Assembly (NCBI GenBank): GCA_049324215.1
Contig: JBMOLC010000040.1
Coordinates: 1 to 31,453 of the forward strand
Source: Patescibacteria group bacterium
GTDB lineage: Bacteria > Patescibacteriota > Microgenomatia > UBA8517
Length of the DNA: 31,453 bases
Reading direction: 5' to 3'
Shown: positions 16,476 to 25,172 of the stretch, one piece after another
Layout: each line of letters opens with the position of its first letter
Numbering within the stretch: position 1 is the stretch's first letter
The notes under the pieces: generated by a model
Told to the model about the DNA's origin: nothing
The model's database searches: none
Seen by the model: only the letters and a program-made list of their open reading frames with translations
Position numbers and translations under genes: made by a program

Positions 16476-16481
16476 ATTCTA
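16476..16481 (-). promoter_or_regulatory. -10 box upstream of ileS
   Basis: TAGAAT 10 nt before ATG 16465. Confidence 0.45.
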
Positions 16482-18272
16482 CTATAGATTCATAACCTTT
16501 TGTAACATAAGCTCGAAATCTTTATAAGGACTTCTAATAAGTTTAGGTCTATACTTATTAAGATCTCTAATGAAATCCAAAATTTCTCCCAGAGTGCAAA
16601 TTCTAGGCACATTATTAGGCAACCTTAGATTTCTAATTTCATCCCAAATATATTCTGGGTGTGAAGTACAGACAATTGGTAATAAGTATTTATATCGACG
16701 AGGTAAGGTGAGGTCTTTACTGTTCTTGGTTATATGTTTACCAATTTCATCTATCTCTTTTAACCACCCTTTACATTGCTGCCACCGTCCGTAATATTCC
16801 TGGCCACTCCCTTCGATATATTTTTCATTAAGATAATAAGCTTTACAACTTATTGCAAAAAGGAACTCATCCTTTCCAACACAAACGTCGATATCAGTCT
16901 CCTTCTTACTTCCATCGGTGTGTAACTTCTTCCCAATCTTCCAAATTTGCTCAACTCCCGGAAGCCCTATTAATCTATTGTTTACCCCAATTTGAAAATC
17001 ATCGCCTTTTAATTTACCGAAACTTCCACCTTTTTTTATTGGCCTCCATAGATTTTTCAAGAAGTTAACCGTTGTATTAAATGCCAGAAATACGACATCT
17101 TGTGTCTCAATGTTCAGCAAATAAGACACTGGACTTAGTGTTCTGAGATTAATCTTTCCAGCATCGTTTTCGTTAAGAGAAATAAAGTCAAATATGTCTA
17201 CACCTTTCTTTTCCCACCATTTACTAGTAAGCGATTCAAGTATAATTATTGGTCCGTTAGTATCCCCAAAATCTTTCCACGATTGGTTTAATAAATTTGT
17301 ATAAGTCTGGGGCGCATATGCAGAAATATATTTAAGAAATCTTTCCTTTGTCGTAAAGTCGTAACCGAGACCATATGGATATACATTTTCATCGTTTTGT
17401 TGAAGTGTTCTGAAGGAACATAAAATGAATGCAATAATATCTTCTATGTGAACTTCATTATTAAACTTGGACTGTAACTCGCTACGAAGCAGGAAAAGGG
17501 ATCCATAAACAGGGATTGCATCAATCCAGAAAGTTAAATGGGGAATGCTTTTTAAGTTCTCAACTTTCCTCCAGTTAATCTGAACTAACGGTATCCCAAT
17601 TAAAGAATTCCGCAGCGGAATTAAAGGACTGTATCCTCCAAGTTCTGAAAGAAAGTTCCTTTTTGTTTCTTTAATACTCCTGTCATCAAATTCATGGCTA
17701 GCTTTTTTTAAATATTCCGAGGGAATTGCTCGAATGAACATACGTTTCGTGAAATCAACCTTGAGGTGGGCACCCTTCTCGACAAGGCGTAACTGCTTCT
17801 GCCCTTCAAAAAGAAGGTTTACCGCTTCCTCAAACGCAAAAACATTCTTTATGATCTCTGGCTTCTTTATAAAACCCAATAACGTCCCCGGCTCATGCGT
17901 ATATTCCTCTGGCGTAAACGAATATTTATGATTGGAAACCGCAGAATATTTCATGGCAGCAAGTATAGCTAGAACAAATTTCTGTTGGGCATCTCCGATA
18001 AAATGGCTATGGACGGGGAGCAATGGAAATGGAGGAATTATGTGGTGTAAAGCTATAAGTAATCCGAAGTGATTAAATTGTGATGCTATTAACTTCAATT
18101 CTCCCTCCACCACATCCTGGAATCTGTTGACAATATCGGACGCAAACCCTCCGGTTATTGGGAACGTTGTATCTATTTTCCTAACAGACCGTCTAAACTT
18201 CTTTCCAATCCTGGTATGAATTTCCTCCATCGCCATGGGATAAACATCGTTGGCTATCCGAAAAACATGCAT
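16482..18272 (-). CDS. Hypothetical 596-aa protein with probable C-terminal PD-(D/E)XK-like nuclease domain
   Basis: Long AT-rich ORF; C-terminal G.DFQ...ETDIDV...LFAISCK resembles restriction-nuclease motifs I-III with E replaced by S. N-terminal 420 aa not recognised. Confidence 0.6.
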   Translation of the reverse strand: MHVFRIANDVYPMAMEEIHTRIGKKFRRSVRKIDTTFPITGGFASDIVNRFQDVVEGELKLIASQFNHFGLLIALHHIIPPFPLLPVHSHFIGDAQQKFVLAILAAMKYSAVSNHKYSFTPEEYTHEPGTLLGFIKKPEIIKNVFAFEEAVNLLFEGQKQLRLVEKGAHLKVDFTKRMFIRAIPSEYLKKASHEFDDRSIKETKRNFLSELGGYSPLIPLRNSLIGIPLVQINWRKVENLKSIPHLTFWIDAIPVYGSLFLLRSELQSKFNNEVHIEDIIAFILCSFRTLQQNDENVYPYGLGYDFTTKERFLKYISAYAPQTYTNLLNQSWKDFGDTNGPIIILESLTSKWWEKKGVDIFDFISLNENDAGKINLRTLSPVSYLLNIETQDVVFLAFNTTVNFLKNLWRPIKKGGSFGKLKGDDFQIGVNNRLIGLPGVEQIWKIGKKLHTDGSKKETDIDVCVGKDEFLFAISCKAYYLNEKYIEGSGQEYYGRWQQCKGWLKEIDEIGKHITKNSKDLTLPRRYKYLLPIVCTSHPEYIWDEIRNLRLPNNVPRICTLGEILDFIRDLNKYRPKLIRSPYKDFELMLQKVMNL

Positions 18273-18292
18273 GAAAAGAAAGTAGAAAAATA

Positions 18293-19153
18293 CTACTCTA
18301 GACCAAAGTCTTTCTTCAGTCCCGCTTCTCTCGTCAGAGATTCATAAAGATCTTGAACTTTATCGGTAGAAACAACATGAATATGAGGGGTAAGTTCATG
18401 GAATGTACCGGAAAGTAATTCTTGAACCTTTGGCATACTTCCTTTGTCAACGATAATAAAAGGTTCGCTATTCCAAAGATCGAAGGCGTGTTTTAATTTC
18501 GCCAGTGCCTGATGAGGATTCCCTCCAATTTGCACCTCAAAAGCTTTCGAGGGAACACCCCTTACAACCTTTCTCCAGGTGACATCTAACCTCTCCCCGT
18601 CAATTGGATATTCCTTCTCGCTCATCAATTTTTCCATTTGTCCGATTTCTGCCAGTTTGTCTTTTATCTGATCGTGCAAAGATTGTCCGGTCTTTTCGGC
18701 TGGTTTTTCCTTGACTAAATCGGGGCTTTCCAGTCGGAGATTAAATTTATCTGAGACTCGACTAATCAGTTCAGTTATAACCTCTTGCCGGGCTGTCGTA
18801 TTAACGCCAGCCTGCAGGCTAAGGGGTAGGTCAACAACAGAAACTGCTTCTGAATGCCACTTTTCTGGAGGCAAAACCCCTAAAATTTGAAAATCGAAAC
18901 GGTAAGGGTAAATTACCCTTTTCTCTCGAATTTCGTCAGGCCATAGGGGCCTGTCCTGTTTAAACTTTGACTCGAGTTTTCCGACACCTATAACCCCTTT
19001 TGAAGGAGACTTTGCATAAAAAAGAAGAAGGTCTCCCTTCTGAAGTTTTTGCCATCGTTTTACCAACCCTCACTCGCGAACCCCCCAAACGTTTCCACTA
19101 TTAAAAGCCGTCTCCCAATTTTCTTCGTTACCCGTAAGAATCCAAAGCTTCAT
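18293..19153 (-). pseudogene. EVE (PUA-like) domain plus PD-(D/E)XK-like nuclease, with in-frame TGA at 19070-19072
   Basis: Translation from ATG 19153: MKLWILTGNEENWETAFNSGNVWGVRE*GLVKRWQKLQKGDLLLFY. The first 27 aa are the typical EVE first strand and Trp motifs, in frame with ORF 18293..19066. C-terminus has RLDV...AFEVQ. Pseudogene versus readthrough unresolved. Confidence 0.75.
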
Positions 19154-19159
19154 TTGCCC

Positions 19160-19169
19160 TATTTTAGCA
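19160..19169 (-). promoter_or_regulatory. Extended -10 TGCTAAAATA before EVE gene
   Basis: TAAAAT ends 7 nt before ATG 19153. Confidence 0.65.
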
Positions 19170-19177
19170 CCAAATAT

Positions 19178-19516
19178 TTACTTATGGGCAAAACGGAAGG
19201 TCCCCGTGCGGCCGCGTTCGGTGGTTACTTCTATTTCGTATGATTCTCCTTTGGAGAGTACTTTTACCACTTCGGGCTTTTCAGTAGGCACGACAACTCT
19301 TTCTTCTCCCCTCGTCCCAAGATCATAATCAATACCTGATTTAGAGCGATAGATAATGGTGAAGGAGTCATCGGGGCTACACTCAAACAGATAAACCTCT
19401 CTCCCTCCTTTAGAAACATCAGTGAAAGAGCCGGGCGCCTCACCCGAATTTAACTGGCGCAATCTCACCCATTCTTCCCGGCCTTGAAGTCTAAATTCTA
19501 CTTCGCACGGAGCCAT
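19178..19516 (-). CDS. Hypothetical 112-aa protein
   Basis: Fills the gap between neighbours, same strand, own extended -10; no motif recognised. Confidence 0.7.
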   Translation of the reverse strand: MAPCEVEFRLQGREEWVRLRQLNSGEAPGSFTDVSKGGREVYLFECSPDDSFTIIYRSKSGIDYDLGTRGEERVVVPTEKPEVVKVLSKGESYEIEVTTERGRTGTFRFAHK

Positions 19517-19523
19517 AATGGCG

Positions 19524-20600
19524 CTATTTTAGCATCTCCAGAGCTTGTTTGGCTTTCTCGAGGTTTTTGTTGTAGAGAACGGCTTTTTCGAATTCCACCT
19601 TGGCTTTTTCTTTTTCTCCTTGGGTTAGAAGAATTTCTCCCCGAATGATGTAAAGCTCCGAAAAAGCCCGATTGCCTCCGTTTAAAAGTCTATCGGTTAT
19701 TTCAAAGACTCTTTGGTAATTTTTTAGTTTCTGATAAGCAAGTATGGGTTCGATTTGGTACCAAAGCATTCTTCTCGGGAGTCTTGCCTCTACCTCTGCA
19801 AAAGCTTGAACCGATTTTTGGTAGTCTCCGAGATGGTAGGCTGCGGTTGAGATATTAAACTCTGGATAAACATTCTCCCCATCCAACTGTTTTTCCTTTT
19901 CGGCTCGCGCCAGAGCGTTTTTCCAGGAGAGGCTTTCGTCCCACTCCTCTCCCACAATTGCCACTACTTTTTCTTCCATCGCGGGGGTATAAACAATGAT
20001 GTAAGCGTAGTTAAAAGGCTGCCACAGGGATAAAAAATCAAAATAGGAAATTCTTTTATCCGGTCCGTGGTAGGAATCGTCCTGAATTATGACTCTTTTT
20101 TCTTCATCAAAACCCCTGACTATTCTAAAGTGGCCAATATCTTCCCCGACCCTGAGCCAGGTTTTGACAACGACTGGAATTCCGTTGGCGGTAAAGCGCT
20201 TAAGAAGCTCAATATCGCCGTTGACTCGGCTTAAGGCTTGATATCCGTACTTCTGGGCCCAGTCGGCAAATTCGGAGGTAAAAATGGTTTTGTCGTCATC
20301 GTCTCCCGTGGGATTTTGGTAAGGTCGCATCGCATCTGCCAGCTCCTTCTGGGAAACGTTTGTGCCGTACCAAGAAAGAATCATGGAAAGGGTGGCCGGG
20401 CCACAATTATTAAACGTCTGATAAACGTGGCGGGGACTATTAAGAAGGGCATAAGAAGAATTTTGACTGATTTCCTCCCTTGAATTTTGGCTAAACTTTG
20501 TTTCAAGAGGCGGCTGGGGGCGAGAGAAATAAAGAAAAACAGTAGCTCCAGCAAGAATGATGAGGGCCAGACCCAGAAGGAGAACTTTTTTCTTATCCAC
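19524..20600 (-). CDS. Membrane-anchored C39-like cysteine peptidase with C-terminal TPR
   Basis: N-terminal TM helix; YQTFNNCGPAT (Cys), GHFRIVRGFD (His), IIQDDSY (Asp); TPR-like end. Start moved to GTG 20600, 8 nt after an extended -10. Confidence 0.8.
   Translation of the reverse strand: MDKKKVLLLGLALIILAGATVFLYFSRPQPPLETKFSQNSREEISQNSSYALLNSPRHVYQTFNNCGPATLSMILSWYGTNVSQKELADAMRPYQNPTGDDDDKTIFTSEFADWAQKYGYQALSRVNGDIELLKRFTANGIPVVVKTWLRVGEDIGHFRIVRGFDEEKRVIIQDDSYHGPDKRISYFDFLSLWQPFNYAYIIVYTPAMEEKVVAIVGEEWDESLSWKNALARAEKEKQLDGENVYPEFNISTAAYHLGDYQKSVQAFAEVEARLPRRMLWYQIEPILAYQKLKNYQRVFEITDRLLNGGNRAFSELYIIRGEILLTQGEKEKAKVEFEKAVLYNKNLEKAKQALEMLK
19525..19534 (-). promoter_or_regulatory. Extended -10 TGCTAAAATA before 112-aa gene
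   Basis: TAAAAT ends 9 nt before ATG 19516; overlaps the last codons (MLK-stop) of the C39 gene. Confidence 0.6.
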
Positions 20601-20607
20601 TCTGGCG

Positions 20608-20617
20608 TATTTTAGCA
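20608..20617 (-). promoter_or_regulatory. Extended -10 TGCTAAAATA before C39 gene
   Basis: TAAAAT ends 8 nt before GTG 20600. Confidence 0.6.
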
Positions 20618-20618
20618 C

Positions 20619-20903
20619 CTAACGAGCGTTCCATCGATTAAAAAGTTTCCGGAGTTCTATCTTGGCTTCTTGCAAGATCTTTTTCCTTTGGGGTTTTAGA
20701 TTTTTTCCGGCCCGGTTGATGTAAAAATTGAGCATGCTCATGGCTGAAGCAAAAGGGCCGGCTTTACGCCTGATGCTATCCTCGACAGAACGCTTCAGAG
20801 ACGCGGCAATCCTCTTGGGATCGTCCCAGGTAAAGACCCCTTCTTCCAAATCAAGGGCAAAGGAAGTCTCGGTTACTCTTCTCGACCACTTTTTCTCTCC
20901 CAT
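20619..20903 (-). CDS. DUF3175-like small basic protein
   Basis: KKWS..VTETS.ALDLE.GVF..DDP..IA.SLKRS...SAMSMLNFYINRAGKNL. Start set at ATG 20903, downstream of the ftsZ stop. Confidence 0.75.
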   Translation of the reverse strand: MGEKKWSRRVTETSFALDLEEGVFTWDDPKRIAASLKRSVEDSIRRKAGPFASAMSMLNFYINRAGKNLKPQRKKILQEAKIELRKLFNRWNAR

Positions 20904-20913
20904 CTCCAAAAGT

Positions 20914-22056
20914 CTAGTGCCTGCGGAGGAAGGCGGGAATTTCGAATTTTTCTCCAAAAATATCTTCTTGCGGCCCTTCCTCCTCTGGAGGCTCCAGTCT
21001 CTCCGGCTCTTCCTCCTCTTTTTCCTTTTTTGGTGGCTCGCTAATTACACCTTGAATTGTGGGAGCTGCTGTCTTGGCGATACCTGCAAGCCTGGCCCTG
21101 GTCTCGTCAAAGCCCGTGGCAATGACCGTTATTCTTACCTGGTCGACGAGGTCGTCTTTGATGACGGCACCAAAAATGATGTTTGCGTCGGGATCTGCCG
21201 AAGAGGAAATAATTCGGGCTGCTTCATCAACCTCAAACATCGTTAGGTCGCTTCCTCCCGCAATGTTGAAAAGAACCCCTCTTGCTCCTTCGATTGAAAG
21301 GTCAAGTAAGGGTGAAGAAACTGCTGCACGGGCAGCCATTTGGGCCCGATTCTCTCCCACACCGGTTCCTATCCCTAGAAGTGCGGTTCCCGCATCCTGC
21401 ATAATGGCTTTGACGTCGGCAAAGTCAACGTTAACCAGTCCTGCGGTCGTAATGATGTCTGCAATTCCTCCAACCGCTTGCCCGAGGACGGCGTCAACGA
21501 CCCTAAAGGCTTCGAGTAAGGTCATTTTCCTATCGATTACATCCATTAAGCGTTGGTTGGGAATAACAATTAGGGTGTCTACCTCTTGTCTGAGATTTTC
21601 GATGCCATCGTCGGCAATAACTGCCCTTCTTGTTCCTTCAAAAGCAAAGGGTTTGGTGACAATGGCAACCGTTAGGGCTCCAGCTTCCTTGGCGAGTTTC
21701 GCAATTACCGGCGAGGCTCCGGTTCCTGTTCCACCCCCCATACCTGCTGTCAAAAATACCATGTCGCTATCTATAAGAAGCTCTTTTATTTTCTCGGTCG
21801 ATTCCTCGGCCGCCTGAATTCCCAGGTCCGGATTTCCTCCGACCCCGAGTCCTTTGGTTATCTTTTCTCCGATCTGAAGCTTGGTGGGGGCTTTATTGGC
21901 CAGAAGTACTTGGGCGTCGGTATTGATGGCGATAAACTCCACGCCGTTGATATTGTCTCCCTCGATCATCGAGGAAATTGCATTTCCTCCACCCCCGCCG
22001 ATACCAATAACTTTTATTTTGGCAATTCTGGCAGAGTCAGGTTTAACTAGCGCCAT
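20914..22056 (-). CDS. ftsZ: Cell division protein FtsZ
   Basis: GIGGGGGNA, tubulin signature GMGGGTGTG, NVDFADV, C-terminal EIPAFLRR. Confidence 0.99.
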   Translation of the reverse strand: MALVKPDSARIAKIKVIGIGGGGGNAISSMIEGDNINGVEFIAINTDAQVLLANKAPTKLQIGEKITKGLGVGGNPDLGIQAAEESTEKIKELLIDSDMVFLTAGMGGGTGTGASPVIAKLAKEAGALTVAIVTKPFAFEGTRRAVIADDGIENLRQEVDTLIVIPNQRLMDVIDRKMTLLEAFRVVDAVLGQAVGGIADIITTAGLVNVDFADVKAIMQDAGTALLGIGTGVGENRAQMAARAAVSSPLLDLSIEGARGVLFNIAGGSDLTMFEVDEAARIISSSADPDANIIFGAVIKDDLVDQVRITVIATGFDETRARLAGIAKTAAPTIQGVISEPPKKEKEEEEPERLEPPEEEGPQEDIFGEKFEIPAFLRRH

Positions 22057-22113
22057 AACTTATTTGTAGAGGGATTTTAACGCGCCCTAACAATTAACGC
22101 AAGTCCCCCTCTT

Positions 22114-23367
22114 TTAGGGCAGGAGGTTTTTAAGGGTCTCTATTATTTTTCCAATCGTTCCCGAGGCAGGAAGTTTGATATTTCTGAGTGCTCCTTCTTG
22201 GGGAAGATTGATGCTGGCTCCATAAAGAATTAGCCCGACGGGGGTGGCAAAGGCAGGTACGATGATATCGTCGATTAAGCCGCCTATCCCCCGGGGTTTC
22301 CCGATTCTGACCGGTAAGGAAATCATTCTCTTTGCGGAGTCGACTGCCCCCACCGTCTCGGCTCCTCCGCCGGTGATAATTACTCCGGAAGGGACCCGAT
22401 TGGCAATCCCTTCTTTTTCCAGTTCAATCCTGACCATGGTAAAAATTTCATTTAAGCGGGGTCTAACTATCCCCTCGACCAAAGTCTTTTTAGATACCCT
22501 TTTATTGTCCGTCGCCCCCATGTCGGCGATGTCCATGAGGTCGCTTTCCTCTTCCTTCTTCTTGGTTGCCGAGAGAGCCATTTTTATCTGTTCGGCCGAC
22601 TCCAAAGATACCCTCAAGCCAATGGCCAGGTCGTTGGTCACGTTTCTAGCGCCGATGGGGATGACACCGGAGTAAGCTAGGCCCCCTTCGATAAAGGCCG
22701 TAATGGCCGTCGTCCCACCACCGATATCGACAACGACACAACCCAATTCTTTCTCGGTTGAGGATAAGACCGCATTGGCAGAAGCCAAACCGTTAAAAAC
22801 CAAGTCTTCGATGGCCACACCGACTTCGTTCAGGGCTTTACCTAAGTTTTTGATTGCCGCTCCCGCCGCCGTAATGATGTGGGTTTCAACTTCGAGTCTG
22901 ACTCCGCTCATTCCCACGGGGTCTTTAACGCCGGCTTCACCGTCGACGATAAATTCTCTGGGAATAACATGGATTACTTCTCGAGATTGGGGAAGAGAAA
23001 TGGCGCTGGCCGCCTCAATCACCCTTTCAACGTCATCGGGGATAATCTCACCGTCGGGGTCGGAGACAGCCACCACGCCGTGCGAATTTTGCGAATGGAT
23101 GTGGGCTCCCCCGACGCCAACGAAGGCGCGGTCAATATTGTAGCCCGCCATTCTCTCCGCCGCCTCAACCGAGGCAATGGTGGCCTCAACCGCCTCCTCG
23201 ATGTCCACGATCTGCCCCTTTCTGATGCCTTTTGCAGGAACCGAAGAGACGCCAACGATATTCACGCTGGTCTCAAAAGTGGTGGGGTCGACACTAACCT
23301 GGGATACGAGGGTCGCAATTTTTGAGGAACCGAGCTCGACTGCCGCAATGATTCTGGTTTTGGCCAT
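22114..23367 (-). CDS. ftsA: Cell division protein FtsA
   Basis: ELGSSKI, GIRKGQIVDIEEA, VVDIGGGTT, ITGGGA. Confidence 0.97.
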   Translation of the reverse strand: MAKTRIIAAVELGSSKIATLVSQVSVDPTTFETSVNIVGVSSVPAKGIRKGQIVDIEEAVEATIASVEAAERMAGYNIDRAFVGVGGAHIHSQNSHGVVAVSDPDGEIIPDDVERVIEAASAISLPQSREVIHVIPREFIVDGEAGVKDPVGMSGVRLEVETHIITAAGAAIKNLGKALNEVGVAIEDLVFNGLASANAVLSSTEKELGCVVVDIGGGTTAITAFIEGGLAYSGVIPIGARNVTNDLAIGLRVSLESAEQIKMALSATKKKEEESDLMDIADMGATDNKRVSKKTLVEGIVRPRLNEIFTMVRIELEKEGIANRVPSGVIITGGGAETVGAVDSAKRMISLPVRIGKPRGIGGLIDDIIVPAFATPVGLILYGASINLPQEGALRNIKLPASGTIGKIIETLKNLLP

Positions 23368-23373
23368 AAATAT

Positions 23374-24072
23374 TTATCTTAAGACCGGATTTTTAAAGCG
23401 CAAATCGATTTCGCTGACGCTTGCGCCATTTACTATTCTAGTGTCTTTAGATTTGTCGTTCAACCTCCCAATGATTAGCCTTAATGCACCCAAAAGAATT
23501 TCCCTGTCTCCCGCAAGCGGAAATATTACACGTCTCCCCTCGAGAGAATCAACTACCAGTAAGCTGTCTTTTATCTTTCCTTCCCTGAGTTGATACTGCA
23601 GGAAGAGATCATAGACAAGGTTGAGGCCGAAAAAGATTTTGTCACTGACCCTTTCTCCAACCCCGGGAATTTTCTCGTCTATCTCCAGAAACGGCAAAGA
23701 CGAATCTTTTTCAATTTTGAGGACCGTCCCTTCTTGACCAACCAGTCCGAAAACTGCGGTGTCTTTCTCTTTAACCGCAAACTTGGGCTTTTTCTCAAGA
23801 ATGTCGACCTTGAGAATGGCGGGGATCTTAAACTGCAGAGAAAAATCAGTCACCGAGGTTTCAGCTCCTAAAACCTCGGTGACTTGTTTTTTGGCCTCTT
23901 TTAGATTTTTGCCTTCAAACCCTCTGAGCTTCCCCTCTAAAGAATTCGAACACGGCCCGAATTGGCTTTTACAGGCGATGCTCGTCACCCGAATAAGACA
24001 AGGGAGATAAATAACTAAAAAGACAACTAAGGCTATAAATAGCAGAGGCAAAACAAACTTTAAATACTTCAC
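23374..24072 (-). CDS. ftsQ: FtsQ/DivIB-like cell division protein
   Basis: Single N-terminal TM, position between murG and ftsA, C-terminal IDLRFKNPV. GTG 24072 overlaps the murG stop (GTGA). Confidence 0.8.
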   Translation of the reverse strand: MKYLKFVLPLLFIALVVFLVIYLPCLIRVTSIACKSQFGPCSNSLEGKLRGFEGKNLKEAKKQVTEVLGAETSVTDFSLQFKIPAILKVDILEKKPKFAVKEKDTAVFGLVGQEGTVLKIEKDSSLPFLEIDEKIPGVGERVSDKIFFGLNLVYDLFLQYQLREGKIKDSLLVVDSLEGRRVIFPLAGDREILLGALRLIIGRLNDKSKDTRIVNGASVSEIDLRFKNPVLR

Positions 24073-25172
24073 GTCAGATACTCCCGGCAAAGATTAACCA
24101 ACTTTTTGGCTGCCCCCAGGTCCGGGCTAGCCACACCTTGCACCCCTTTAACCATTTCGGCCCAATTTTCGATTAAGCCGGCAGTTTCGGCAAGAAGCTT
24201 CTCGGAATTCAAAGCTTGCTGGGGTAAAACCTTGGCAATTCCTGACTCCGCCGCGAAAGTAGCGTTCTTAGTCTGCTCATCAAGGTAGCTAAAAGGCAGG
24301 GGAATAAGAAGAGCCGGCCGTTTGACTACCAAGACCTCACTCACCGTATTTGCCCCGGCTCTAGCAATGACAATGTCTGCCTTCGCATATGTTTCCGCCA
24401 TCTGGTCCGGGTCGATATTGGCAAAGACCTTGTAGTTAGGCTTAAGCTTTTGAGGCAGTTTTTCTTCTCTTTGTCTAAATTTCTCAAAGTCCAGCTCTCC
24501 GGTCAAATGAATTACTCGATACCTAGCTAGGAGTTTCTCCAGTATTTCATTAATGAGGTTATTGATGGTTAAAGAACCTCGGGAGCCACCGCTAATTAAA
24601 ATCGTCGGCGGATTGCCGAGCTCACTTTTGGCTTTGACTCGTACGATAGGAGCGAGAATAGGATTCCCGACGACCACGCATTTATCTTTTGGGAAATACT
24701 TGAGGCTACTTTCTCGAGCTAAGGCAATTTTGCGAGCGAAGAAGGCAGAGAGCCGATTGGCGCGTCCCGCTGCTGCGGTCTGCTCGTGGAGAATGACGGG
24801 AATTCCTAAAATTGCCCCCACCAAAACCACGGGGAAGGCGGCAAAGCCCCCGAAAGAGACTACCAGCTTGGGCTTGATCTTAACTAGAAGATAGAAAGCG
24901 TGCAAGATTCCAACGGGGATTTTTAAAAAAGAAGGAATCGCGTAAGGGGTAAAGCGTCGCTGAATTCTGCCGGTAAAAACCGGGTAAAATACCACTCCTT
25001 CTTTTGGCAGAAATTTTGATTCCAGCGTATCAACATTTTTTCCTTCGACTGCTCTTTGGGCTCCCAACCAAAAGAGGGCGAGCTTTGGATACTTCTTTTT
25101 AAATTCCTGGATAAAAGCTAGGGCCGTGGTCCCGGCGTGCCCACCCGTCAAGACAATGTTACTTTTTTTCAT
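24069..25172 (-). CDS. murG: MurG glycosyltransferase
   Basis: TGGHAGT, SFGGF, LHEQ, VGNP, GGSRGS, ARAGANT, LIPLP....EQ..NA. Confidence 0.96.
   Translation of the reverse strand: MKKSNIVLTGGHAGTTALAFIQEFKKKYPKLALFWLGAQRAVEGKNVDTLESKFLPKEGVVFYPVFTGRIQRRFTPYAIPSFLKIPVGILHAFYLLVKIKPKLVVSFGGFAAFPVVLVGAILGIPVILHEQTAAAGRANRLSAFFARKIALARESSLKYFPKDKCVVVGNPILAPIVRVKAKSELGNPPTILISGGSRGSLTINNLINEILEKLLARYRVIHLTGELDFEKFRQREEKLPQKLKPNYKVFANIDPDQMAETYAKADIVIARAGANTVSEVLVVKRPALLIPLPFSYLDEQTKNATFAAESGIAKVLPQQALNSEKLLAETAGLIENWAEMVKGVQGVASPDLGAAKKLVNLCREYLT

Noticed and set aside
18809-18820. Palindrome AGCCTGCAGGCT as another element copy
   Set aside because: Only 12 bp and does not align over the 20-bp element; plausible by chance.
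19070-19072. Selenocysteine at the EVE-gene TGA
   Set aside because: Not a Cys or redox context, no obvious SECIS-like hairpin follows, and no sel genes are in the window.
19081-19086. G6 tract before the TGA as a phase-variation or frameshift site
   Set aside because: Both parts of the gene are already in the same frame; slippage would break it.
20728-23593. Long plus-strand ORFs opposite ftsZ and ftsA (e.g. 21059..21817)
   Set aside because: Typical antisense open frames of GC-richer conserved genes; no motifs or start signals.
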